A stretch of 60,506 nt of DNA, from positions 1-60,506 of the IMG/VR virus record IMGVR_UViG_3300010412_000013; one strand, 5' to 3'. The position numbers and the translations under genes are program-made. Below, piece after piece: positions 9,216-18,550 of the stretch. The notes under the pieces are model-generated. The model made no database searches, was not told the origin of the DNA, and saw only the letters and a program-made list of their open reading frames with translations. Numbering within the stretch: position 1 is the first letter of the stretch; each line of letters opens with the position of its first letter. The stretch comes from a virus (taxonomy: Duplodnaviria > Caudoviricetes).

Positions 9216-10168
9216 TGAAGTCCTTCAAGACATACACACAAGAGAGACTTGACGAGAAAGTTTTCACTACCCGTTTCGTTGAATCTGAAATCAAGGATTT
9301 GCTTGTTCCTGCATTGGAAGGTGCAAAGAAAATGGGTAAACAACCTTTGATATATCGTGGATTCCATATCTCAAACACACACCCATTCAATTCACCTGTT
9401 GCCACAGTAACAACACTTGAAGCAAAAAAGGGAAAACTTATCGGCGCATACAAACGCTTACATGGTTTTGCTGATGGGTTTGATGAAGACGGAATTGTTG
9501 AAAAGACATTCAAGAAGCTGAAAATCAAAGACCCCGTATTTGCCACAAGAAACAAAAAGCTGGCAGAAATCTTTGGTTCATATCTTTACATTCTTATTCC
9601 TGTTGGCAACTATACGGTTTGGTATTCAAAAGAAATTGATGATGCCGTTGCAGCTATTGCCATTACCAAAAAATTTGGTGATAATCCAGACCCGAAAGAA
9701 CTTGCCTCAAAGTATGAGAGCAAGAGAAATACCACAACTGGTGTTGACAAGAAAAACGAATTGATATTCCAGTTCGATGATTCTCGTTATATGCTTTTCA
9801 ATCTACAGTCTTTGGCTTCATTCCAAATCAACAAGACGAGTGTCAAGAGCTATGCCGATGTTGTTGATATTTTAGAAAAAATTATTGCCGACCGAATCAA
9901 GCGCAAGATTGCATTTGACATGGGTCAACAAGCCTTTAATGCTTCTGGTAATGAAGAAGAAAAAATCACCCACATTCCAGATGCAGGGAAGACATCACAG
10001 GCTTTCATTTTAGACCAAGGATTACAAAAAATGATGCAGTTTGTGTTCAGAACAAAATACGGTTTTATCAGTTCGATTGGTGATGCAGATAATTTCAAGA
10101 CCCAAGCCGAAATTGACAAATACCTTAAATCAACAGAAGCTGACCTCAAGCTAATGGGGCTACTATGA
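9215..10168 (+). CDS. Putative R-S/T-E type ADP-ribosyltransferase-like virion protein
   Basis: MKSFKTY..LDE leader; LIYRG ... VFAT ... FG-x-YLYILIP ... NELIF. Confidence 0.35.
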   Translation: MKSFKTYTQERLDEKVFTTRFVESEIKDLLVPALEGAKKMGKQPLIYRGFHISNTHPFNSPVATVTTLEAKKGKLIGAYKRLHGFADGFDEDGIVEKTFKKLKIKDPVFATRNKKLAEIFGSYLYILIPVGNYTVWYSKEIDDAVAAIAITKKFGDNPDPKELASKYESKRNTTTGVDKKNELIFQFDDSRYMLFNLQSLASFQINKTSVKSYADVVDILEKIIADRIKRKIAFDMGQQAFNASGNEEEKITHIPDAGKTSQAFILDQGLQKMMQFVFRTKYGFISSIGDADNFKTQAEIDKYLKSTEADLKLMGLL

Positions 10169-10437
10169 AACAGTTCAAAGACATTAAACACGACATATCC
10201 GTTATAAAGGAAGAACTCTACAAGAAGATGTTCAATAATGTGTACAAGTCAAACATTGATGAATTTGCCAAGGCAAATGACCTAATCATCCTGAAAGACA
10301 AAAGCGCCGGAATCGAGTTATGGTATGGCGTAAAGAAAGACAATAAAAAGGAATTGATATTCACATATAGTCCAGATGATTCTGAACTGTATTCTGATTA
10401 TACCGTAATGGATTTACGAAGAGGTATAGTAAAATGA
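10165..10437 (+). CDS. Hypothetical protein with capsid-targeting-like leader
   Basis: MKQFKDI...IKEE; ATGA overlap with upstream gene. Confidence 0.5.
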   Translation: MKQFKDIKHDISVIKEELYKKMFNNVYKSNIDEFAKANDLIILKDKSAGIELWYGVKKDNKKELIFTYSPDDSELYSDYTVMDLRRGIVK

Positions 10438-10763
10438 ATAGTTGGCATGACCTGAACCTAGATGAAGAATTGATTGGCTTGGCTGATGAAATACTAATAT
10501 CAGAGGGGTTAAGTCAAATGTTAAATCTCGGTTGGAAACAAATGACACTATCTATGATAGTTGCCACAGACGACAAAAAATTTCTGAGCAATATCAAGGA
10601 TGCAATACATCAAGTCGGCATGGATTCTTTTGTTGATACTCTAAAGAAGGAACATAGAAAACTGTTCCTTGGGATTGTAAATAAACTTGAGAAAAATAAG
10701 GATTTTGTTAAGTCGGATAAGGAACTGAAAACACTGGCACATAAACTTGGGGCAAACCTGTAA
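10434..10763 (+). CDS. Hypothetical protein with WH-type leader
   Basis: MNSWHDLNLD...ILISE. Confidence 0.5.
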   Translation: MNSWHDLNLDEELIGLADEILISEGLSQMLNLGWKQMTLSMIVATDDKKFLSNIKDAIHQVGMDSFVDTLKKEHRKLFLGIVNKLEKNKDFVKSDKELKTLAHKLGANL

Positions 10764-11440
10764 TGAAAACTTTTACAGAATACACAAATACGACAACACA
10801 AAAACCAAACCTCATGGAGCGAATGAACCTGTTGACAGAAGAACAGGTTGCTGACTTGGCTGGCTTTTCAGTAAACGAGGCTGTTTCAGCAATCGTTGAA
10901 ATGTCATGGATTGTTGAACTATATGATAATGGCGTATTGGTTCCGCTATGTGAAGGCGAAGAAACCGGTCTGGTTTCTGTATTGAACTCAAAACTGTCAA
11001 AACTTGGTCTGAATATCGAGAAGTCTCATAAGGGAAGTCTTTTTGATATCGCCAAACGTGGTGGTGCTTCCATGCTGAAACTCTTGGTTGCTGCCATGAA
11101 AGGAGACAAGAAGACCATGATGGAAATAGGAAACACCCAAATCACATTCGGTCAGGTTCTTGACTTCCTGTTGAAACTGGATATGAGTTATTTCCACTTT
11201 GTCACACCATGGATTCACACCATCGATGCGGTTCTAGGATGGGAATTGTGGGCTAATCTTCAAAAGCGTGTTGGTACTGCATCCGAGAATACCCGTCAGG
11301 CTGTGGTGAAAACCTTTGCCGATGCCATCCAGTTCCTGAAAGACAAGGCAGAGCTTTTGACAGGTTCATTGAAAAATGCTGTACTGAATACCATCAATGC
11401 ACTGGATAAAACCCTGTCACCAGACTTGAAGCATATCTGA
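10763..11440 (+). CDS. Hypothetical helical protein with capsid-targeting-like leader
   Basis: MKTFTEY...LME/LTE; moderately hydrophobic amphipathic C-terminal half. Confidence 0.5.
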   Translation: MKTFTEYTNTTTQKPNLMERMNLLTEEQVADLAGFSVNEAVSAIVEMSWIVELYDNGVLVPLCEGEETGLVSVLNSKLSKLGLNIEKSHKGSLFDIAKRGGASMLKLLVAAMKGDKKTMMEIGNTQITFGQVLDFLLKLDMSYFHFVTPWIHTIDAVLGWELWANLQKRVGTASENTRQAVVKTFADAIQFLKDKAELLTGSLKNAVLNTINALDKTLSPDLKHI

Positions 11441-11455
11441 CGACATATATACAGT

Positions 11456-11959
11456 ATGTACCTGACTATCATCACAGAGATGTTTCCCTTCCTGAAATCG
11501 ACCAAGTTCTGGGTGATTCTCATTGTGACTATTCTGTTGATAGGTTCGGTCGTGTTTTTGTACAATCGCTACACCGGAATGATAGAAGAAATCTCCAATC
11601 TCAAAAATCAAAATTCCGATTTGGAAAACCAAGTGAAGGAAAGAGATGACCAGATTGCAAGATATGAGATTGACATCAAGACCTATACGACCATCATCAA
11701 GTCAACCAATGCACAGAGAGATATGCTCGATGTAGAGTCCAAGAAATTGGAAAACAAGCTGATAAAGGATGGTAGGGATATTGGCTTCATTGCTCTTAAG
11801 AAGCCTGAGTTAATGGAAAAGATTGTGAACAAGGCGGCGAAAGACAGGTTGCGTTGTTTTGAAATTGCGACGGGTGCCGAAGTGAAGCCCGATGAAAAGA
11901 ACCTGAAGAAGAGTGACAGAAATAATGTTTGTGCGTATCTGTTTGATTATACTGATTAG
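11456..11959 (+). CDS. Inner-membrane spanin (Rz / PseT.3-like)
   Basis: N-terminal TM helix, long coiled coil, C-terminal Cys pair; overlaps downstream lipoprotein gene. Confidence 0.7.
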   Translation: MYLTIITEMFPFLKSTKFWVILIVTILLIGSVVFLYNRYTGMIEEISNLKNQNSDLENQVKERDDQIARYEIDIKTYTTIIKSTNAQRDMLDVESKKLENKLIKDGRDIGFIALKKPELMEKIVNKAAKDRLRCFEIATGAEVKPDEKNLKKSDRNNVCAYLFDYTD

Positions 11960-12281
11960 TTTTGTGAGTGGTTGTTCGTGGTTGTGTGGCAAACCCATTC
12001 AGTCAAATTACGAAAAGCCCTATATCACATTCGATGAACCTAAACCACTGACGATGGAAAGAGTGAACTTTGTCATTGTGACAAAAGATAATTCACAAAA
12101 GAAATTTGCAGAAATGGAAAAAGACAGGAAAGACCCTGTTGTCTTTGGTCTGTCGGATTCTGACTATGCTGCACTGGCAAGGAACATGGAAGCCATCCAA
12201 GGTCAAATCCTGCTCTACAAGAAAGTCATACAGTCATACAAAGACTACTACAAACCTACAGAAGAATCCAAGACGGAATAA
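11925..12281 (+). CDS. Outer-membrane spanin lipoprotein (Rz1 / PseT.2-like)
   Basis: Signal peptide with lipobox VSGC; Pro-rich linker; LSxxDYxxLxxNM...YY pattern of T4-like o-spanins. Confidence 0.7.
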   Translation: MFVRICLIILISFVSGCSWLCGKPIQSNYEKPYITFDEPKPLTMERVNFVIVTKDNSQKKFAEMEKDRKDPVVFGLSDSDYAALARNMEAIQGQILLYKKVIQSYKDYYKPTEESKTE

Positions 12282-12424
12282 GGGCATTTTAAATAATTTG
12301 AAATGTCTTTAATGGAATTAAACCTATTCTTGAAACCGCTACACCGGCAAGTGTAAATCCCCCAAAAGCAAAAGTCTAGTCCAAATGGATTATATCCAAA
12401 TCACCACTTTGGACTGAAATAATT

Positions 12425-12453
12425 TTGACTTAGTGACCCAATGCTACTAGAAT
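12425..12453 (+). promoter_or_regulatory. Sigma70-type promoter TTGACT-N17-TAGAAT
   Basis: Near-consensus hexamers, exact 17-nt spacer, upstream of the primase operon. Confidence 0.65.
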
Positions 12454-12492
12454 TACAATAAACCCAACAATTGCCCCCAAGAGATAATTACC

Positions 12493-12897
12493 ATGAGTTT
12501 TCCCTATGATGTTTTAACCGTTCAAGAAGTCATTTTAAACGAGACCGAGTATCAGGAATCCTCTATCGAGAATCCTGTGAAGCCTGATATCTGGTTTTTT
12601 GTATTGGTTCGCAAGTGGCTTTTCTTTAAGAAATGGTATGCGACACCGGTAACGCGCCATGCCAATGCCGTGAGGGAACATATTGCCAATGGAGGCAAAT
12701 CTGGAGAACTGTTTCCGCCATTCTTTTCTGAGGGAAAATCTGTGGATTTGTGCAAGGGCTATTTTAACAAGCGTTTGCAGACCGAAATATTGACTGCCTG
12801 TGGTGTCTATATTTTGAGAAAGCAGGAAGATAAAACGAGAAATGTACTCGATTCCCTTATAAAGGAGTTGAGCAAATCGGAGAATAAAACCGAATGA
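12493..12897 (+). CDS. Hypothetical protein
   Basis: ORF after promoter; ATGA overlap with primase. Confidence 0.5.
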   Translation: MSFPYDVLTVQEVILNETEYQESSIENPVKPDIWFFVLVRKWLFFKKWYATPVTRHANAVREHIANGGKSGELFPPFFSEGKSVDLCKGYFNKRLQTEILTACGVYILRKQEDKTRNVLDSLIKELSKSENKTE

Positions 12898-13931
12898 GTC
12901 TATACACAGATTCATATTACATCAATCTGCTATCACCCAAGCTGAGAAATTTCAGGCGCAAGGATAAGAACACTTGGAATTTCTCATGCCCATTGTGTGG
13001 TGATAGCAAGAAAGACCTGAAGAAAGCCAGAGGTTACATCTTTCAGAAGAAAGGTGGACTTTTCTTCAAGTGCCATAATTGTCAGCAAGGTTTGAACATG
13101 GCGAACCTTATCAAGGCTGTTGACCCGATATTGTATGACCAGTACGTCATGGAAAGGTTCAAGAATGGCAATGTGAGAGATATCAGGAAGAGTGATATTG
13201 AAACTGTTGTAGACTACAAGGCACCGGTATTCAAGAAGGTTCATGAAGTCTTGCAGGGAATGCAAAGGGTCAGTTCGCTTGATTGTGACCATCCGTGTCG
13301 GGTCTATGTGGCTAAACGCAAGATACCCGAAGCCTACTGGCGTGACCTGTGGTGGTGCGAAGACTTCAAGACTATTGCCATGCGATTGTCGAACGATAAG
13401 GAACGCTACAAGAAACTGCCTGAGAACGATGCCAGACTGGTGATAACCTTCCTGAATGAATCTGGCGAGCTTATGGGAATACAGGGAAGAACGATTGACC
13501 CAAACAATGACCTTAGATATATAACCCTAAAGGTCGATGATAATGTGCCAAAGATATATGGTCTCGACAAGGTTGACAGAACCAAGCCGGTCTATGTGGT
13601 TGAGGGACCTATCGATTCGATGTTTATCCCGAACTGTGTGGCTATGGCATGTTCAGCACTGGATACTGTTTCGGAGTTTGTTCCGAAAAAACAGTGTATC
13701 TTGATTCCTGACAGGGAACCGAGAAACAGGGAAATTGTGAACCAGATAAAGGGTTTTGTTGACGACGGTTGGAAGGTTTGTCTTATGCCCGATAGCCTGA
13801 AGTCAAAAGACATCAACGACTATATACTGAAAGACGGATTGACCCAAGATGAATTATTGGAAACCATTGAACAAAATTCTTCCGTTGGTCTTAGCCTGAA
13901 ATTAAAATTTGCTGATTGGAAAAAGGTGTGA
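12894..13931 (+). CDS. gp61: DNA primase (T4 gp61)
   Basis: Zn finger CPLCGDS...KARG...FKCHNC; TOPRIM VVEGPIDSMF, DREPRN, KDIND. Confidence 0.95.
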   Translation: MSLYTDSYYINLLSPKLRNFRRKDKNTWNFSCPLCGDSKKDLKKARGYIFQKKGGLFFKCHNCQQGLNMANLIKAVDPILYDQYVMERFKNGNVRDIRKSDIETVVDYKAPVFKKVHEVLQGMQRVSSLDCDHPCRVYVAKRKIPEAYWRDLWWCEDFKTIAMRLSNDKERYKKLPENDARLVITFLNESGELMGIQGRTIDPNNDLRYITLKVDDNVPKIYGLDKVDRTKPVYVVEGPIDSMFIPNCVAMACSALDTVSEFVPKKQCILIPDREPRNREIVNQIKGFVDDGWKVCLMPDSLKSKDINDYILKDGLTQDELLETIEQNSSVGLSLKLKFADWKKV

Positions 13932-13933
13932 TT

Positions 13934-14236
13934 ATGAAAAAAGAGAATGCAAGAATCTATCGTGAGATTGAATATGCCCAAAACATTACAAGAGGTCTTG
14001 AGGGTTTCAAGGGAAACTACATGGTGTTTATTGCCTACCTGATTGTTTTTGTTCGCTGTTTCCTGTACTACACCGAAAAAACATTCCTGTTTATCATGGC
14101 ATTGTTTTTAACGCCGGTTGCGTGGCATACCTTGAAGCAGTCTAATGAGAACGATATCACAAAATATATCAACACACCGGCTGACATATTCCTCGATTTA
14201 TACAAAGAGTCCAGACAGAATGACAAAGACTTCTGA
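13934..14236 (+). CDS. Hypothetical membrane protein
   Basis: AAGGTG RBS; two hydrophobic segments. Confidence 0.5.
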   Translation: MKKENARIYREIEYAQNITRGLEGFKGNYMVFIAYLIVFVRCFLYYTEKTFLFIMALFLTPVAWHTLKQSNENDITKYINTPADIFLDLYKESRQNDKDF

Positions 14237-14552
14237 TAAGCTAAATAAGCAGTGGTGGAATGCCGATTCGCCACACATCAAATACCATGATGAAGCCAAT
14301 GAATGGATTGATGATGCCAAGGAACAGATGGATTCCATGTACACGCGCATACGCGAACTGGAATCCTTCATCCTGTTTTTTGAGTCTGCCAATTGTTCCC
14401 AGAACCGATGCATGACAGCGGTAAAGGGAAAAGAAACTCAGTGGAACCACATAATCAATCTTATAGAGAAGCATGTCGGAATACTTGAAGACGAGAGATT
14501 CATTATCCCGAAAAAGCGAAAGGATGCAGAAAAAGAAAATGAGCATCGATAA
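14220..14552 (+). CDS. Hypothetical protein
   Basis: Packed ORF in operon. Confidence 0.45.
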   Translation: MTKTSDKLNKQWWNADSPHIKYHDEANEWIDDAKEQMDSMYTRIRELESFILFFESANCSQNRCMTAVKGKETQWNHIINLIEKHVGILEDERFIIPKKRKDAEKENEHR

Positions 14553-14727
14553 TATCCACCATGACATAGACGAATATGTCATGCTATGCAAACAATTTGA
14601 AGAACCCATACAATACCATTTTATTGGAGACCGTAAGGTTCCCGATTGCTATTCAGAACATGCCAAGTCATTAATGGCTAGGCACCTGACAAAGGTGACA
14701 TCATATCATGCACAAAATGCATCTTGA
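14539..14727 (+). CDS. Hypothetical protein
   Basis: Packed ORF in operon. Confidence 0.4.
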   Translation: MSIDNIHHDIDEYVMLCKQFEEPIQYHFIGDRKVPDCYSEHAKSLMARHLTKVTSYHAQNAS

Positions 14728-14938
14728 CTTTCATATGAGAAAAGCCCTTCACATGCTTGAGCGTGAACGTCTGCCTGAGAGAAAGTTTAAATACTATCCG
14801 AAGCCATTTTACAAACAATCAATCAAGAAGAAAATCCTGAAGCGCAATCCTACCGGAAAGCAAAATCAATGGTTCCTCACAAAACCCGTATGGCGTGGCG
14901 GAAGGGAATGTGTACATAAGGTGATTCGGTTCCTCTGA
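14708..14938 (+). CDS. Small basic hypothetical protein
   Basis: Packed ORF, K/R-rich. Confidence 0.4.
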   Translation: MHKMHLDFHMRKALHMLERERLPERKFKYYPKPFYKQSIKKKILKRNPTGKQNQWFLTKPVWRGGRECVHKVIRFL

Positions 14939-14939
14939 T

Positions 14940-15128
14940 ATGTTCCAGTGCTTATGTGACTATGACCTCCTGAGAAAAGGATTGGCAGACAAGAATTGCC
15001 CAGTTTGCTATTCCGATTTTGCCGAACAGCAAAAACACTACCATCAACTTATCGAAGCGGTTAGGCAGTTTCGAGATAACCCTATTGGTGTCAACAAGGA
15101 ACGTATGTTCGAACTGGTGAAGAAATGA
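14940..15128 (+). CDS. Small Cys-motif hypothetical protein
   Basis: CxC...CPVC; packed. Confidence 0.45.
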   Translation: MFQCLCDYDLLRKGLADKNCPVCYSDFAEQQKHYHQLIEAVRQFRDNPIGVNKERMFELVKK

Positions 15129-15289
15129 GCAACAAGCAATGGCATGGCGGAAAGGGTGATGCCGTTAGACCCAAAATAATTAAAATGAAGGAAGAAGACT
15201 TGCGTTGGGAGCTGGCTTTTGGTAAAGTATCGCCCGAACGCAAGCAAGAGATTCTCGATGAACTTGAAAAGATGAAGAATAAGAAATGA
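15125..15289 (+). CDS. Small hypothetical protein (54 aa, below ORF-track cutoff)
   Basis: MSNKQWHGGKGDAVRP...WELAFGK; ATGA overlaps at both ends. Confidence 0.6.
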   Translation: MSNKQWHGGKGDAVRPKIIKMKEEDLRWELAFGKVSPERKQEILDELEKMKNKK

Positions 15290-15543
15290 TTACTCCAATG
15301 ATGATACTCAAGATGTTTGGTTTGTTTCTTGCTGGTGTTGGAACCGACTATGCATGGGCAAAATGGACACAAGCCAGTAACCAGCACAAGCCATACGTTG
15401 CTGCCAACTGGACACTGGCTATCTTCATTTTTGGTCTGATATATACCCTCACCATCGTAGACAGGCAGTGGCACCTTATCGCCAGTTACCTGTTAGGCGG
15501 ATGGATTGGAACTGTTATTGCTGTTAAGAAAAAACCGGAGTGA
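15286..15543 (+). CDS. Small 3-TM membrane protein
   Basis: Three hydrophobic helices; YLLGGWIGT. Confidence 0.6.
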   Translation: MITPMMILKMFGLFLAGVGTDYAWAKWTQASNQHKPYVAANWTLAIFIFGLIYTLTIVDRQWHLIASYLLGGWIGTVIAVKKKPE

Positions 15544-15548
15544 TGTGA

Positions 15549-16391
15549 ATGCAAGCCTATCTCAATTTGTTACATGACATTCTCGACAATGGAACCGATG
15601 TCAGTGACCGTACTGGTGTCGGAACACGATGCGTATTCGGCAGGCAGATTCGATTTGACCTGTCAAAAGGATTCCCCGCAGTCACCACCAAGAAGCTGGC
15701 ATTCAATTCAATGAAGGCTGAACTCCTGTGGTTCATTTCCGGTTCAGATAATGTCAACGACCTTCGTGCCCTACAGTATGGCGAACAGAACCGCCATAAT
15801 CTTGACAAGGTGACTGTATGGGATGCGAACTACCAGAACCAAGCCATGGATATGGGTTATCGTGATGGTGAACTTGGACCAATCTATGGCGTACAGTGGC
15901 GCAACTTCAATGGTGAAGGCTGTGACCAGTTGCAGAAAGCCATCGAAACCATCAAGACCAATCCAGACAGCCGCAGGATTATCGTTAGTGCATGGAATCC
16001 TACCGAGCTACAATTCATGACACTTCCGCCATGCCATGTTCTTTTCCAGTTCAGGGTCATTGCCGGAAAGCTGAATTGTTTTATGTATCAACGTAGTGCT
16101 GATGCTTTCTTAGGTGTTCCATTCAATATCGCATCTTATGCCTTGTTGACACACATGGTAGCCCAAGTCTGTAAATTGGACGTTGGTGAACTTGTCATAT
16201 CGTTTGGTGACCTGCATATATACCAGAATCATTTTGACCAAGTGAAAGAACAATTGAGCCGCGAACCACTTCCGGCACCCAAGATATGGCTGAATCCTGC
16301 TATCACCAACATTGATGCTTTCAATGCGGCAGACATCCAGCTTTTGGATTATGAGAGCCACGATGCAATCAAAGCGCCGATGGCAGTGTAA
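15549..16391 (+). CDS. thyA: Thymidylate synthase
   Basis: DRTGVGT, ELLWF, LGPIYGVQWR, SRR, LPPCH, YQRSAD..LGVPFN, HIYxNH, C-terminal MAV. Asn in PFN indicates dUMP specificity. Confidence 0.97.
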   Translation: MQAYLNLLHDILDNGTDVSDRTGVGTRCVFGRQIRFDLSKGFPAVTTKKLAFNSMKAELLWFISGSDNVNDLRALQYGEQNRHNLDKVTVWDANYQNQAMDMGYRDGELGPIYGVQWRNFNGEGCDQLQKAIETIKTNPDSRRIIVSAWNPTELQFMTLPPCHVLFQFRVIAGKLNCFMYQRSADAFLGVPFNIASYALLTHMVAQVCKLDVGELVISFGDLHIYQNHFDQVKEQLSREPLPAPKIWLNPAITNIDAFNAADIQLLDYESHDAIKAPMAV

Positions 16392-16433
16392 GAATAACAA
16401 CAACAATCAGACAATGTTTTAAGGAATGCAGTT

Positions 16434-18362
16434 ATGTCCAATTATTTTGCAAAAACCAGTAATCCGCAGTATTCGAATTTTATTGCCCTGAGCCGTTATG
16501 CACGATGGCTTGAAGACAAGGGGAGACGTGAGACATGGGAAGAAACGGTAGACAGGTATATCAGTTTCTTCAAGAACAAGTATAAAGATAAGTCGATTAA
16601 CGAAAGTGTTTGGAATGAATTGCGTGATGGCATCCTGAATCTGGATGTGATGCCAAGTATGCGATGCCTGATGACAGCCGGTCAAGCATTGGAACGTGAT
16701 AATGTAGCCGGTTTCAATTGCAGTTATATTGTGGTTGACCATCCAAGGGCTTTTGATGAAGCCATGTATATCCTGATGTGTGGCACTGGTTTGGGCTTCT
16801 CTGTTGAACGCCAATACATTTCCAAGCTGCCAGAAGTATCAGAAGAACTCACACCCAGCAATACCGTTATAGAAGTGCCCGATTCCAAGAAGGGATGGGC
16901 AAAGGGTTTTCGTGAACTCATTTCGTTATTATATGCAGGTCACATTCCCAAATGGGATTTATCAAAAATTCGACCAGCCGGTGCCAGACTGAAGACATTT
17001 GGTGGCAGGGCATCCGGACCAGAACCATTGAATGAACTTTTCAATTTCACTGTCAACATGTTCAGGAAAGCCAAGGGCAGAAAACTGAACTCTCTTGAAT
17101 GCCATGACCTGATGTGTAAGGTTGCCGACATCGTGGTGGTTGGTGGTGTGCGCCGTAGTGCCCTGATTAGCCTGTCGAACCTGTCTGATGACCGTATGCG
17201 TACCTGCAAGAATGGTCAGTTCTGGCTGGATGAACCCCAGCGCAGTCTTGCCAACAACTCTGCCAGCTACACCGAGAGACCAGAATTCCAGACATTCATG
17301 AAAGAGTGGGTGTCTCTGTACGAATCCAAATCAGGTGAACGAGGCATATTCAACCGCGAGGCTTCCATCAAGCAAGCCATGAAGTATGGCAGAAGGGAAC
17401 CAGCAGACTTCGGAACAAACCCATGTTCAGAAATCATCCTGAGACCAAACCAGTTTTGTAACCTGAGTGAAATTGTTGTAAGGGCAGAAGATGACCTTGA
17501 ATCATTGAAGCGCAAGGCAAGGCTGGCATCCATTCTTGGAACACTGCAATCCGGCTTGACCGACTTCTCTTACCTGCGCTCACTCTGGAAGAAGAACACC
17601 GAAGAAGAAGCATTGCTTGGTGTATCCCTGACAGGTATCATGGATAATGAAATGCTGGCTGGCAAGAAAGATACTGAACAACTGAAGGCATGGCTTGAAG
17701 AACTCAGGGCGCATGTGGTTCAGGTCAACAAGGAGTTTGCAGAAATCATTGGTGTGAACCAGTCTGTAGCAACGACCTGTGTCAAGCCAAGCGGAACTGT
17801 TAGCCAGTTGGTGGATTCCGCATCTGGTATCCATGACAGGTTTGCTGAATTCTATATCAGGCGCGTTCGTGCCGATGGCAAAGACCCATTGGCTCAAATG
17901 ATGCGTGATGCCGGATTCCCCTGTGAGCCTGACCTGATGAAGCCAAGCAACTATGTCTTCTCATTCCCGATTCGTGCGCCGAAGGGTTGCAACATTGCGG
18001 ATTCGAGAACTGCCATAGAGCAACTGGAACACTGGAAGATATATCAGGAACACTGGTGCGAACATAAACCATCGGTCACTGTCTATTACAATGACAATGA
18101 GTTTTTCGGTATCGGTCAGTGGGTCATTGATAATTGGGATGTCATATCAGGAATTTCGTTCCTGCCAAGAACAGACCATGTGTATCAACAGGCACCCTAT
18201 GAGAAAATTACCGAAGAACAATTCTTGGCACTGGAAGCATCAATGCCAACAGATGTTGACTGGTCTAAGCTGGTCGATTATGAGAAAGAAGACACTACTA
18301 CCGGAACCCAGACACTCAGTTGCAGTTCTGGAGTATGTGAAATTGTTGATTTGGCAAAATAA
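16434..18362 (+). CDS. nrdJ: Class II adenosylcobalamin-dependent ribonucleotide reductase
   Basis: PSMR, FNCS, GVRRSALI, GTNPCSE, FCNL, VKPSGT, C-terminal CSSGVC; no adjacent nrdB. Confidence 0.9.
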   Translation: MSNYFAKTSNPQYSNFIALSRYARWLEDKGRRETWEETVDRYISFFKNKYKDKSINESVWNELRDGILNLDVMPSMRCLMTAGQALERDNVAGFNCSYIVVDHPRAFDEAMYILMCGTGLGFSVERQYISKLPEVSEELTPSNTVIEVPDSKKGWAKGFRELISLLYAGHIPKWDLSKIRPAGARLKTFGGRASGPEPLNELFNFTVNMFRKAKGRKLNSLECHDLMCKVADIVVVGGVRRSALISLSNLSDDRMRTCKNGQFWLDEPQRSLANNSASYTERPEFQTFMKEWVSLYESKSGERGIFNREASIKQAMKYGRREPADFGTNPCSEIILRPNQFCNLSEIVVRAEDDLESLKRKARLASILGTLQSGLTDFSYLRSLWKKNTEEEALLGVSLTGIMDNEMLAGKKDTEQLKAWLEELRAHVVQVNKEFAEIIGVNQSVATTCVKPSGTVSQLVDSASGIHDRFAEFYIRRVRADGKDPLAQMMRDAGFPCEPDLMKPSNYVFSFPIRAPKGCNIADSRTAIEQLEHWKIYQEHWCEHKPSVTVYYNDNEFFGIGQWVIDNWDVISGISFLPRTDHVYQQAPYEKITEEQFLALEASMPTDVDWSKLVDYEKEDTTTGTQTLSCSSGVCEIVDLAK

Positions 18363-18373
18363 GGAAAACTGAC

Positions 18374-18550
18374 ATGACAACCACAATAATAAAAACGAAA
18401 CAGACATGTCGCGAATGTCATGAGACCTATATACTGGCATGGTATGAAGGAGAGACAGAACCATTGTGTTGCCCCTTCTGTGCCGCAGCCATTGTTGATA
18501 TAGGTGATGACACTGATGACCAAGACCAAGAAGGTTATTGCGGGGATTGA
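18374..18550 (+). CDS. Small Zn-ribbon protein (58 aa, below cutoff)
   Basis: MTTTIIKTKQTCREC...CPFC followed by acidic tail; AAGGA RBS. Confidence 0.6.
   Translation: MTTTIIKTKQTCRECHETYILAWYEGETEPLCCPFCAAAIVDIGDDTDDQDQEGYCGD

Noticed and set aside
15549-16391. dCMP/dUMP hydroxymethylase or intron-containing td
   Set aside because: Canonical ThyA motifs including PFN, continuous ORF of normal length.
12894-18362. Inteins or introns in primase or nrdJ
   Set aside because: Normal lengths, no C...HN splice motifs or LAGLIDADG blocks.
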